Source: Candidatus Poribacteria bacterium
Lineage (GTDB): Bacteria > Poribacteria > WGA-4E > WGA-3G
Direction: 5' to 3'
NCBI GenBank assembly: GCA_965221425.1
Contig: OZ244889.1
Location: 2,843,854 to 2,907,853, forward strand
DNA: 64,000 nucleotides
The notes below the pieces were generated by a model. That model did not search any database, was not told the DNA's origin, and saw only the letters and a program-made list of their open reading frames with translations. This document shows, in pieces, positions 52,047 through 62,077 of the stretch. The translations under genes were made by a program, and so were the position numbers. How positions within the stretch are numbered: the stretch's first letter is position 1; every line of letters starts with the position of its first letter.

Positions 52047-53990
52047 ATGAACATGCAAAAGCCGCAACACTACACACAGTGGAAACTTACCCCAGGTGCC
52101 AAAAAACGCATCGGAAAAGGGGGGATAAATGAGATTAAGTATTTTCCGGATGGCACACAGCTCGCTGTTGCGAGTACGATAGGCATCTGGATTTACGATG
52201 TACGAACATGTAAACCGCTTGAACTGATTACGGGACATACAGGTCCAGTCAATTCATTAGTATTCAGTCCGGATGGGGGAACGTTTGTGACCGCGAGCGA
52301 TGATAAAACCGCACGTTTGTGGGATGCCAATACAGGACAACACAAAATAAGTTTCATTGGGCATACAGATGTTATCAACTCTGTCGCGTTCAGTCCAGAT
52401 GGTGAAAAGCTTGCCACTGCGAGTGACGACAAAACGATTGGTCTCTGGAACCTGCATACGGGAGAACAGATAGCAAAACTTGAGGGGCATACGGAGAAAG
52501 TTTTTTCAGCAGTTTTTTCGCCAGATGGAACAGCAATTGCCAGCAGTGAAGCGTTCGGTGAAGGAGGAGGTATCCGAATATGGGATGTTCAAACAGGTGA
52601 ATTGCTTAAACACTTTACTGAAGAAACAGATTGGGTAGAATATATCGTTTATAGTCCTGATGGTAGCATGCTTATTAGTCGAGATGGCTGTGGAGAAATT
52701 AATTTCTGGGATGCTAACACAGGCAAAAAACTGAAAACGTGTGAAGCAGAAAGTTGGATGGGTGATTTTTCCCCCATTACATTTGCTCCTGATGGACGCA
52801 CATTCGCTACTGGAATACATGGTGATGATGTCTGTCTTTGGGATATTGGCACTGGAAGATTGTTGAAAAGGTTTGAACTTGAAGTAGATGTAGATTCTTG
52901 GCCCTCTTCTGTCGCATTTTCACCCGATGGCGAAACGATTGCTTGCGCAAGTGAGGAGGGCACGATTCGGTTTTGGGAGGTAAACACCAGCAAAATCTTA
53001 GAAACGATTTCGGATCATACCCTTCATTGTTCTTCTACCCAAAAAACAAAAGGAAAACGTTCTCAGCGAAAAACAGTAGGAACACGTCATCCTTCTCAAC
53101 GCACTTATTCTGTTGCCTATTCTCCAGATGGCAACACACTCGCGAGTAGCTATGGGACCGAAATTCTTATGCGAAACTCAGAGGCCGGTGAAATCCAAAC
53201 AACCATCACATATTCTTGGGAGATTCATCGTCGTCCACAGCAAAATGTACTTGTAATCGCACATTCATCAGACGGTAAAATACTTGCAAGTGCTGAAGAT
53301 ACAACAAAAGCGCGATTATGGGATACGCAAAACGGAAGATTCCTTGGTTCCTTCGTTGGGCATAAGGAAAGTATATCTGCAGTGGCGTTTTCGCCAGACA
53401 GTCGCATGCTTGCCACTGGCAGTCATGACAACACAATCCGCTTATGGAAAGTTTGTATCGGTGAACTGTATCTTATCGGCGAGCTGTTGTTTACACTCAC
53501 TGAACATACAGACAGTGTATGCACCGTAGCATTTTCTCCGGATGGAGGCAACCTTGCCACAGGCAGCTGCGACAAGACAGTCCGATTATGGGATGTCCGC
53601 ACCGGAAATCACCTGAAAACCTTTACTGATCACATAGGAAGTGTTTATGCGGTGGCATATTCACCTGATGGTAGCATACTTGCCAGTGGAAGTGAGGATG
53701 GGACGCTCCGCTTATGGAACAGCCAGACCGGCGAATTGTTAGAAACTTTTAAAGGACAAGCAGAGAAAATATTTTCTGTTGCATTTTCTCCGAATGGTAG
53801 TTTGATAGCATGTGGGGACAATGGCGCAATTCACTTTTGGGACGTGCAAACTGGAAAACTACTGGATACTTATAAGGGACACACAGATGTTGTGGATAGT
53901 CTTGCGTATTCACCCGATGGCGAAACGCTTGCGAGTGGCAGTAGAGATGGCACAATTCTTTTGTGGGATTTAACAACATTTTTTAACTGA
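52047..53990 (+). CDS. cytoplasmic-type WD40 repeat protein (WD4), paralogue of WD2
   Basis: GAGGAGGA RBS and no signal peptide. It contains QWKLTPGAKKRIGKG and canonical WD40 units. It shares with WD2 the unusual segment LW.V..GELY.IGE.L...TEHTD.V.TV.FSPDG and the ending DGTILLWDLT. Confidence 0.85.
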   Translation: MNMQKPQHYTQWKLTPGAKKRIGKGGINEIKYFPDGTQLAVASTIGIWIYDVRTCKPLELITGHTGPVNSLVFSPDGGTFVTASDDKTARLWDANTGQHKISFIGHTDVINSVAFSPDGEKLATASDDKTIGLWNLHTGEQIAKLEGHTEKVFSAVFSPDGTAIASSEAFGEGGGIRIWDVQTGELLKHFTEETDWVEYIVYSPDGSMLISRDGCGEINFWDANTGKKLKTCEAESWMGDFSPITFAPDGRTFATGIHGDDVCLWDIGTGRLLKRFELEVDVDSWPSSVAFSPDGETIACASEEGTIRFWEVNTSKILETISDHTLHCSSTQKTKGKRSQRKTVGTRHPSQRTYSVAYSPDGNTLASSYGTEILMRNSEAGEIQTTITYSWEIHRRPQQNVLVIAHSSDGKILASAEDTTKARLWDTQNGRFLGSFVGHKESISAVAFSPDSRMLATGSHDNTIRLWKVCIGELYLIGELLFTLTEHTDSVCTVAFSPDGGNLATGSCDKTVRLWDVRTGNHLKTFTDHIGSVYAVAYSPDGSILASGSEDGTLRLWNSQTGELLETFKGQAEKIFSVAFSPNGSLIACGDNGAIHFWDVQTGKLLDTYKGHTDVVDSLAYSPDGETLASGSRDGTILLWDLTTFFN

Positions 53991-54178
53991 TTGGAAAGTG
54001 ATGTTCTTAATTTACCAATATTAATGTGTTTTTTTGGACAAAACGCGCAAAAAGTGCATCCATGGATGTGTTAATGAGGTGTCCGTGACGAAGTTTAAGA
54101 ATTGTTAACGCCAGTTTGATAATAAATGACATCAGCTTAATAACAGGTCTTTTCTCCGAAGGCCCACCTTGCGGTTCT

Positions 54179-54262
54179 TGTAGCACAAACTTTCCAGTTT
54201 GTGTGCTATGGGCGCAAACTGGAAAGTTTGCGCTACAATAGGCTTTTATCAAACTCACGTAA
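54179..54262 (+). repeat. double GCACAAACT palindrome module immediately upstream of WD5
   Basis: TGTAGCACAAACTTTCCAGTTTGTGTGCTATGGGCGCAAACTGGAAAGTTTGCGCTACAATAGGCTTTTATCAAACTCACGT. Confidence 0.8.
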
Positions 54263-54281
54263 TTGTTAAGGAGAATTGGTT

Positions 54282-56213
54282 ATGGAAAATATGATGATTC
54301 CGAATTACATTAAAAATTATCTACCTGAGGGTGCTATCGCGCGGTTCGGGAAAGGGTATGTCTTTAATTTTGAATATTCTCCAGACGGCTCCCGGCTTGC
54401 TGTTGCAAGCACAATCGGTGTCTGGCTATATGACACACAAACATATAGAGAACTGCACCTACTAACTGGACATACAGATTATGTCACGGGCGTATTTTTT
54501 AGTCCAGATAGCAAAACACTCGTCAGCCAAAGCGGTGATGGCGAATGGTCTCCTGCAGAGACAAAACTATGGAATGTCCCTTCTGGTGAACTGATTGCGC
54601 CCCTTATAGATCAGAAAATAAAAGTTAATAACATCGTCTTCAGCCCGGATGGAGGAACACTTGCAATAGCAAGTAGCGACAATACCATCCGATTATGGAA
54701 TGGTGTCACTGGTGAACCGAAAGCAACCCTCACAGAACATGGGTGTAAGGTTTTAAAGTTCAGTCCTGATGGTAGCAAGCTCATAGGTGGTAGTGGTGAA
54801 GTCATCCGTTTTTGGGATGTCGCCACGGGTGAACTTCAGTTGACTTTCGCAGCACACGCAAATTCCATAGATGCTCTGCAATATTCTCCGGACGGAAAGA
54901 TGCTTGCAAGTCGCGGAGGAGATAACAATGTGTGTTTATGGGATGCTGATACCGGTGAATTTTTGCGTAATTTCAGAGAGGATACAAGCAAGGTCTCTTC
55001 TATTGACTTTTCAAGAGATGGCAAAACGCTTGCTATCGTGAGTTCTGATGGAACACTTATCTTGCGGAATAGCCAGACAGGTGAAAAAATCAAAACTATT
55101 ACATCGGAAACAGAGTTGAATATTGTGGAACATTCTCCAGATGGTAAAACTTTTGCTTGTGATGAAGGTGAAGATGGAACAATGCTTCTATTTGATGCCA
55201 AGACAGGAGAGTTATTACACACCCTCAAAATGCCCGGAATAAGAACAAGTGTTAATGATTTTCGGTATTCACCCGATGGGCGCACACTTACCGTTTCCAA
55301 CGGATTTGACATCTATTTTTGGGATGTGAATAGCGGGGAACTTCAAGAGACAATCACCGGATATTCTGAGGTTGTAGGTGGCGCAATATATGCTCCAAAT
55401 GAGAATACACTGGCAAGTTTTGACTATATTGTTCGTATTTGGGATATAGAAAATCATAAACTACAGAAAACGATAGAAACTAATAGTAATGTATCTGCAA
55501 TTGCATATTCTCCAGATGGAAAAACAATCGGTATTGGCACTTACGACAATACAATTCTATTATGGGATGTTAGCAAATGGGATAAGAGGGCAATTCTCAA
55601 AGGACACAGGAAAGGAGTCTCCTCGGTAGTATTTAGTCCAGATGGGCAAACTCTTGCCAGTGGAAGTTGGGACAGGACAATCCGTTTGTGGAATCAGCAC
55701 ACTGGAGAACTCTTAAATACGCTAACAGGACATAAAGAAGGTGTTCATGATCTGGTATTTTCACCGAACGGCACAACACTTGCAAGTGGTGGTTGGGATG
55801 GAACAATTCGCTTTTGGAATGTATCCACAAGCAAACTTTTAAGAACTATTGACACAGAGTCAGATAATAGTATAGATTCCATTGCGTATTCACCTGACGG
55901 AATGACACTTGCATGTACCGGGGATAACGGTGCTGATGGTATCCGTTTTTGGGATGTCACAACCGGTAAACTCCTAAAAACAATCGAGGTGGAAGCGGGG
56001 GCGTATTCTTTAGCGTATTCACCAGATGGCAGTGTACTTGCCAGCACTGGTAATGGTGAAATCTCTTTGTGGGATGTGGCAACGGGAACACTTCTGAAAA
56101 CTCTGAAAGGACATATAAGTGCTATCAATTCTGTAACCTTTTCTTCCGATGGCAAAACGCTTGTGAGTAGTTGTAGGGACAGCACGGTAATTTTGTGGGA
56201 TTTAACAAAGTAA
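54282..56213 (+). CDS. cytoplasmic-type WD40 repeat protein (WD5), a sigma-less paralogue of the WD part of sigma-WD3
   Basis: AAGGAG lies 8 nt before ATG 54282. The N-terminus MENMMIPNYIKNYLPEGAIARFGKGYVFNFEYSPDGSRLAVASTIGVWLYD parallels aa 195 onward of sigma-WD3. Long blocks are collinear (VIRFWD..TGELQLTFAAHAN..D.L.YSPDG..L.S.GGDNNVCLW.A.TGEFLR), and both proteins end SCCRDSTVILWDLTK. Confidence 0.85.
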   Translation: MENMMIPNYIKNYLPEGAIARFGKGYVFNFEYSPDGSRLAVASTIGVWLYDTQTYRELHLLTGHTDYVTGVFFSPDSKTLVSQSGDGEWSPAETKLWNVPSGELIAPLIDQKIKVNNIVFSPDGGTLAIASSDNTIRLWNGVTGEPKATLTEHGCKVLKFSPDGSKLIGGSGEVIRFWDVATGELQLTFAAHANSIDALQYSPDGKMLASRGGDNNVCLWDADTGEFLRNFREDTSKVSSIDFSRDGKTLAIVSSDGTLILRNSQTGEKIKTITSETELNIVEHSPDGKTFACDEGEDGTMLLFDAKTGELLHTLKMPGIRTSVNDFRYSPDGRTLTVSNGFDIYFWDVNSGELQETITGYSEVVGGAIYAPNENTLASFDYIVRIWDIENHKLQKTIETNSNVSAIAYSPDGKTIGIGTYDNTILLWDVSKWDKRAILKGHRKGVSSVVFSPDGQTLASGSWDRTIRLWNQHTGELLNTLTGHKEGVHDLVFSPNGTTLASGGWDGTIRFWNVSTSKLLRTIDTESDNSIDSIAYSPDGMTLACTGDNGADGIRFWDVTTGKLLKTIEVEAGAYSLAYSPDGSVLASTGNGEISLWDVATGTLLKTLKGHISAINSVTFSSDGKTLVSSCRDSTVILWDLTK

Positions 56214-56243
56214 TTTGTAACCCAAAACAGAGGTATTGATGAT

Positions 56244-58070
56244 ATGAACGGACAAAACACAGAACCGTACACACAATGGGGGCTTCCCCCAGGCGCAAAA
56301 GCACGTCTCGGCAAAGGCGCAATTGGATGGCTCCAGTACTCGCCAGATGGTACGCAACTTGCTGTCACCGGTCCTCTTGGGATCTGGTTATACGATGTTC
56401 ACACCTGCACAGAAGTTGCTCTTCTAAAATCCGATCTGGATGACAGAACAACCGAACCCCCACTTTCGTGGGCTGGCACAACCCTTGTCAACCTAAATTG
56501 GGATAACACAATTTCGCTATGGGGTGTTCACACCAGACAACGTCAAATTAACCCTGTGAATCACACAGAAGAGGTTTACGATTTCGCACTGTCGCCAGAT
56601 GGAACTCTCTTGGTAACCGGCGGAGATGATAAAAACATTCAATTTTGGGATTGCCGGACGGGTCGTTTTCTTTTTTCTGCTGTTGGCCATACGCAAATGA
56701 TCGATGCATTAGCATTTTCCCCGGATGGTAAGGTTCTTGCAAGCGGTGGTAATGACAAAACTATTCGACTTTGGGATGCCCAAAATGGTAGACTTCTTTC
56801 CACCCTTACTGCGGATGAAACTGATATCTGGATGTTGGAATTTTCTCCTAATGGTATTATTCTTGCCAGTAGAAATACGAACGGAACCATTGACTTGTGG
56901 GATGTGGAAACAGGCGAGAAGCGAGAAACCTTTACAAATTTGGGTAATCAGGGTCATTTTAGATTTTCACCTGATGGCACCCTGATCGCCAGTGGAAGCA
57001 ACGATAACACCGTCCGGATCTGGAATGCAGATTCAGGTACTGAACATGCAAGGTTCACGGGGCATACAGCATCTGTTTGGGGTATAGCGTTTTCACCCGA
57101 TGGCACGACAATTGCCAGTTCCGCAGCAGATAACACAATTCGGTTCTGGAATCTTGCTGACGGTACAGAAAAAGGAATCATTACCGGACATGTGGGTTGG
57201 GTACATTCCGTTGCTTTCTCACCTGATAGCAGCCTTCTTGCGGTCGGAGGTAATCATAAAACACCCTTCTTGTGGGACTTGGATACCTATACTGAATCCA
57301 CACCTTTTGACAGTCATCTCGGTTCCATTGATGAAGTTGTATTTTCTCCAGATGGCACAACGCTTGCAAGTGCCAGTAGAGATGAAAGGATTTTTTTGTG
57401 GGATATGAACACCAGCACTCAGCGAGCAATTTTGCAGGGGCATACAGATATGATTCGTTCATTGGCGTTTGCGCCAAATGGCACGACTCTCGCCAGCGGC
57501 AGTGACGACAAGGCTATCCGATTATGGAACATTGATACCGGAAACCAATTGGCACTTTTAAAGGGACATACCAGTTGGATTGGCACCGTTGCATTTTCAC
57601 CCAATGGTAGAACCCTTGCCAGCTGTAGTGCTGATGGGACGGTTCGCTTATGGAATGCTAACACAGGACATCGGCTAACCGTTCTTGAAGGACATACTGA
57701 TGTTGTTTTTTCAGTGGCATTTTCACCAGATGGTAGAGTTCTCATCAGTGGAGGTACGGATGAAACCATCAGATTTTGGGACATGCATTCTTGTCAACAT
57801 CTGTCAACTTTGACAGTACCGACTTATGTTCATGCATTGGCATTGTCTCCAGATGGAGGAATCCTTGCGAGTGCCGGGCAGGATGGAAAAATCCAAATAT
57901 GGGAAACACATACGGGCAAGCAAAAGGCAGCCCTAAGCGGACACATTGCTGATGTTGACACATTGGCATTCAGTCCTGATGGAAGAACACTCGCCAGCGG
58001 TAGTGATGACGGCACAGTGATTTTATGGGATTTCACAAAATTAATTCATAAACCAAATCAGAGGTATTGA
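56244..58070 (+). CDS. WD40 repeat protein (WD6), 14 blades
   Basis: No signal peptide. PYTQWGLPPGAKARLGKG is followed by 14 SPDG/SPNG-type units. Confidence 0.85.
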   Translation: MNGQNTEPYTQWGLPPGAKARLGKGAIGWLQYSPDGTQLAVTGPLGIWLYDVHTCTEVALLKSDLDDRTTEPPLSWAGTTLVNLNWDNTISLWGVHTRQRQINPVNHTEEVYDFALSPDGTLLVTGGDDKNIQFWDCRTGRFLFSAVGHTQMIDALAFSPDGKVLASGGNDKTIRLWDAQNGRLLSTLTADETDIWMLEFSPNGIILASRNTNGTIDLWDVETGEKRETFTNLGNQGHFRFSPDGTLIASGSNDNTVRIWNADSGTEHARFTGHTASVWGIAFSPDGTTIASSAADNTIRFWNLADGTEKGIITGHVGWVHSVAFSPDSSLLAVGGNHKTPFLWDLDTYTESTPFDSHLGSIDEVVFSPDGTTLASASRDERIFLWDMNTSTQRAILQGHTDMIRSLAFAPNGTTLASGSDDKAIRLWNIDTGNQLALLKGHTSWIGTVAFSPNGRTLASCSADGTVRLWNANTGHRLTVLEGHTDVVFSVAFSPDGRVLISGGTDETIRFWDMHSCQHLSTLTVPTYVHALALSPDGGILASAGQDGKIQIWETHTGKQKAALSGHIADVDTLAFSPDGRTLASGSDDGTVILWDFTKLIHKPNQRY

Positions 58071-58074
58071 TAAT

Positions 58075-59895
58075 ATGAATATTGAAAATCTACCACCCTA
58101 CATGCAATGGGGGCTTCCCCCAGGTGCAAAAGCACGTCTCGGCAAAGGTGGTCTTGAAGAGGTAAGATATTCACCAGATGGAGCACAGCTTGCCGTCACA
58201 GGTTTGATCGGTATTTGGTTATACGATGCCCATACTTACAAGGAAGTTGCGCTTCTTCAGCGTGGTCAGAATCAAGGAACAAACACACTTCCGCTTTCGT
58301 GGACAGGTACGACCCTTTTCACGCAAAATTGGGATGGAACGCTTTCAATTACGTTATGGGATACGCAAACCGGACGACGCCAAATTACCTTTAGAGAGCA
58401 TACAAAGGATATCCAAGATATTAAACTTTCACCAGATGGCACAACTTTTGCCTCTGTCGGGTGGGATAAGGCAGTTCGATTTTGGGATAGTCGTACAGGT
58501 CGTTTACGTTCTACTGTTATAGGGCATACTGAGCCAATCCTTACGTTAGTATTTTCAGCAGATAGTAAGACTCTTGCCACTGGCGGTTTTGACCACACTA
58601 TTCGACTTTGGGATGTCAGCGATGGCAGCTGCCTTTCCACTCTCACCGGGCATGAAGATGATATTAGACATCTTGCGTTTTCTCCAAACGGTATTATTCT
58701 TGCCAGCAGAAGTCGGGATAAAACCGCATGTTTGTGGGATGTTCCTACCGGTGAAAAGGTGGCAACTCTCATAACAGATATTGAAGAGTACGGGAAAACG
58801 GTATTTTCACCAGATGGCACTCTTATCGCAACAAATTGTGATGATCATTCCATCCAGATATGGAATGCTGACACGGGTGTAGAACATACCAGGCTCATAG
58901 GACATCAAGCGTTAATCTGGGATATAACGTTCTCACCTGATGGCAAAACACTTGCAAGTGTCAGTGAGGATAGCACTATTCGGTTTTGGAACGTAAACAA
59001 CGGCATAGAAAAAGGGATCATCACTGGGCATGCAAGATGGAGCATTTTTCTCGATTTTTCACCTGATGGCAGCGTTCTCGCCAGCAGCGCAAGTGATAAT
59101 ACACCTCACCTGTGGGATATGAATACTTACGCTGAGTCGACACCTTTTGACGGTCCTCGCGACTCTATTGATCATGTTGCATTTTCTCCCGATGGTGCAA
59201 TGCTCGCAAATGCCAATAATGAGAGAATTTTCTTGTGGCATGTCAACTCCGGCACCCAAAGCGCAATCTTGCAGGAACATACAGATTATATTCGCACATT
59301 AGCATTCGTCCCGAATAGTACGACACTTGCCAGCGGGAGTGACGACAACACAATCCGATTATGGGACATTGATACAGGAAATCAATTAGCACTATTAACA
59401 GGACATACTGATAATATATTGGCAGTTGCCGGTTCACCAGATGGTACAATCCTTGCAAGTTGTAGTGCTGATGAGACACTTCGTTTATGGAATGCAAATA
59501 CAGGGCATCCGCTTACTGTTCTTAAGGGACATACCGAAAAGATTGGTGCGATTGCATTTTCACCGAATGGCAGAGTCCTCGCCAGCGCAGGTTGGGATGG
59601 AACAATTCGGCTATGGGATCCACAAAATTGTGAACTTATCTCAACCTTTGCAGTACCAGATAATCTTTATGCATTGGCATTTTCCACCGATGGAAATATC
59701 CTTGCAGGTGGCGGTCAAGATGATAAAGTTCGATTATGGGATGTTCACACCGGTAACCTTCGGGCAGTCATGAGTGGACACTATGCTGACATTGAGGCTT
59801 TGGTGTTTAGTCCCGATGGCAGAACCCTTGCCAGCGGCGGTGATGATGGCACCATCCTTTTGTGGGACCTTGCGACTGTTGAAAGCACGTATTGA
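58075..59895 (+). CDS. WD40 repeat protein (WD7), tandem duplicate of WD6
   Basis: It starts 4 nt after the WD6 stop. PYMQWGLPPGAKARLGKG is present, and the protein is collinear with WD6 along its whole length. Even the RBS context AGAGGTATTGAT(G/A)ATATGAA is shared. Confidence 0.85.
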   Translation: MNIENLPPYMQWGLPPGAKARLGKGGLEEVRYSPDGAQLAVTGLIGIWLYDAHTYKEVALLQRGQNQGTNTLPLSWTGTTLFTQNWDGTLSITLWDTQTGRRQITFREHTKDIQDIKLSPDGTTFASVGWDKAVRFWDSRTGRLRSTVIGHTEPILTLVFSADSKTLATGGFDHTIRLWDVSDGSCLSTLTGHEDDIRHLAFSPNGIILASRSRDKTACLWDVPTGEKVATLITDIEEYGKTVFSPDGTLIATNCDDHSIQIWNADTGVEHTRLIGHQALIWDITFSPDGKTLASVSEDSTIRFWNVNNGIEKGIITGHARWSIFLDFSPDGSVLASSASDNTPHLWDMNTYAESTPFDGPRDSIDHVAFSPDGAMLANANNERIFLWHVNSGTQSAILQEHTDYIRTLAFVPNSTTLASGSDDNTIRLWDIDTGNQLALLTGHTDNILAVAGSPDGTILASCSADETLRLWNANTGHPLTVLKGHTEKIGAIAFSPNGRVLASAGWDGTIRLWDPQNCELISTFAVPDNLYALAFSTDGNILAGGGQDDKVRLWDVHTGNLRAVMSGHYADIEALVFSPDGRTLASGGDDGTILLWDLATVESTY

Positions 59896-59972
59896 TTGAA
59901 ATATTAAATAGCATGTAATACCATTTCTATCAATTTTTGTCCATTAGCGGTTGTTAGAAATGAAGCGGAATG

Positions 59973-60002
59973 TGGCACAAACTATGAAGTTTATGCTACA
60001 AA
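59973..60002 (+). repeat. degenerate single GCACAAACT palindrome upstream of WD8
   Basis: GGCACAAACTATGAAGTTTATGCTACAAA. Confidence 0.5.
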
Positions 60003-60048
60003 AAAGAGACATTATATATCAAAAATAGTATAAGTTGGAGACATTATC

Positions 60049-62061
60049 ATGAAAAAGAACATACCGCTTCAGTTTGACTACGATAGCACAGACAGCAGCA
60101 CATGGCATTTACCTGAAGGTGCAATTGCCAGGTTAGGAAAAGGTAATAGCGTCACAATGACATTATCCCCAGATGGTACGCTTCTCGCTATTGGAAGTTA
60201 TCTCGGTATGTGGTTGTATGATGTAACTAAGGGTACGCCCCTATCACTTTGGGAAGTAGGAACACAAATTTCAGCTGTCGCCTTTTCTGCTTGTGGAGAA
60301 TGGATAGCAACAAGCAGCTGGGGCGGTCCTATCAAAATCTGGGATGTGAAAAGCGAGAATTGCTTAGCAGAATTACCGCGAGATGAAAGTGGAGGCAATT
60401 CCGAACTTGTCTTTTCACCCAATCGAGAATGGTTTGCTGTAGGAGGAACAGATAGAAGTTCTAATCCCGAGAAGAAACTATATTGTAGTGTTGAAGTTTG
60501 GCGGCTTCCAGAAAATCTACAAGAGAATGCAACCTCTAATTGTCCGACACGAGAATTATTGTATGTGGGGACCAACCCGCTTGCATTTTCACCAGATGGA
60601 AAGTTACTCGCTTTTGCTTCCCCTGACGGAGCCCCTGAACCGTTTAATACAAACGGATATCCTGTAATTGGTGGAAGATGGTTGTTAGATGCAAGCCAAG
60701 TTGTAGTCTATGAGTTAGCAACGAGACAACATCTCACCACTCTTGATGGGGGTAAAGATGTCAGTTCTATCTCCTTTTCACCGTGCGGGAAGTTTATGGC
60801 TATATGTGACCGGAACGGTATTACCAAGGTATGGAAAGTACCTGGACAACCCGCAACAGAACTGCAATCTTGGCACCTGCATAAGGTTTATCAGGAAGTG
60901 GTCGACAACGGTTCCCACAATATCAGTTATGCACCGGAAAACCGACTCTTATCTACTGTTTACGCATACAAAGATGACACTTTTTCAGTGCATGATTTAG
61001 ATAACAATGAAATACTTTATCAACACACCAAAGAAACTGGCCCCTATAACCCAGACTATTCCCATGGAACCCGTCTTGCATTCGAGAGTGAAAACGATGT
61101 ACATATTTGGATTGAGGGTGAAGACCAATTAGTTTCTTTGGGGCATACCGCTGGATTTTTTGTAGGTCCTCTGCAGTTTTCTTTAGATGGAAAGGTATTA
61201 ATCACAACAACCAGATATGATGGTATTTTCAGTTGGGATATTACACATCCCAACGATCCACCTCACATTTTTAAACCCCTTGGCATGAAACCGGATTCAG
61301 ATGGATGGGGAGAACGTTATTTTTGTGTGGAGGTATCGTCTGAAGGAAAGCACTTTGTCACTTCCGGTGATGAAAGTAGTGTTCGACTTTGGGAATTGGG
61401 AGCAGACACACCGATTGCATCGTTTTCTATACAAGCTGAAGCGTCTGACGCGGTTTTCTCCCCAACTGCCAATTTACTCGTCTGCATAGACAAGAATGGA
61501 AAGGTCTATATCTGGGATATCGCAACAGGTGAAATCTACGACACCTATACGACAGAAAAAACGCATACCTCACCTTACATAGAATTTAGTCCAGATGGCA
61601 CATATCTTATCAGTCATTCTGGTCAAATCTATGATGTTGTTCAACGTAAACCTCTGGACCGGTATTCAAGTGAGGATGGAATACAATTCCTGGCGTTTTC
61701 CCCGAATTCCTCCCAAATCTGGTGTGATTGGCAAGGATGGAATAGTGAGACAATAGATTTGTGGGATATTCAACAGGATGAAGAAGTACTGGAACTTCCC
61801 AAACCAGAGTGGTGGGAGTCTAAATATATTGAAGCGTTTGCATTATCTACATGTGGACAATATATCGCTTGCAGTCCTGATACGTGGACGCTTGACGGGC
61901 ATATATGTGTTTGGGATATCCGCAAGGGAGACGAACCTATTGTTACGTTAGGGTTGACAGAAGGCATATCTTCTCTTGCGTTTTCTCTTGATAACACGCT
62001 TTTGGCAAGTGCTGGCACAAGCGGTGCTATGCTACTTTGGGATATGAAACCTTATCTTTAA
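60049..62061 (+). CDS. divergent WD40-like beta-propeller protein (WD8)
   Basis: TWHLPEGAIARLGKG is present. The repeats are degenerate (FS.CGE, FSPDGKLL, FSPCGKF, IWD/VWK) and lack most of the GH/WD consensus. Confidence 0.7.
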   Translation: MKKNIPLQFDYDSTDSSTWHLPEGAIARLGKGNSVTMTLSPDGTLLAIGSYLGMWLYDVTKGTPLSLWEVGTQISAVAFSACGEWIATSSWGGPIKIWDVKSENCLAELPRDESGGNSELVFSPNREWFAVGGTDRSSNPEKKLYCSVEVWRLPENLQENATSNCPTRELLYVGTNPLAFSPDGKLLAFASPDGAPEPFNTNGYPVIGGRWLLDASQVVVYELATRQHLTTLDGGKDVSSISFSPCGKFMAICDRNGITKVWKVPGQPATELQSWHLHKVYQEVVDNGSHNISYAPENRLLSTVYAYKDDTFSVHDLDNNEILYQHTKETGPYNPDYSHGTRLAFESENDVHIWIEGEDQLVSLGHTAGFFVGPLQFSLDGKVLITTTRYDGIFSWDITHPNDPPHIFKPLGMKPDSDGWGERYFCVEVSSEGKHFVTSGDESSVRLWELGADTPIASFSIQAEASDAVFSPTANLLVCIDKNGKVYIWDIATGEIYDTYTTEKTHTSPYIEFSPDGTYLISHSGQIYDVVQRKPLDRYSSEDGIQFLAFSPNSSQIWCDWQGWNSETIDLWDIQQDEEVLELPKPEWWESKYIEAFALSTCGQYIACSPDTWTLDGHICVWDIRKGDEPIVTLGLTEGISSLAFSLDNTLLASAGTSGAMLLWDMKPYL

Positions 62062-62077
62062 AACAAGGAACAATATT

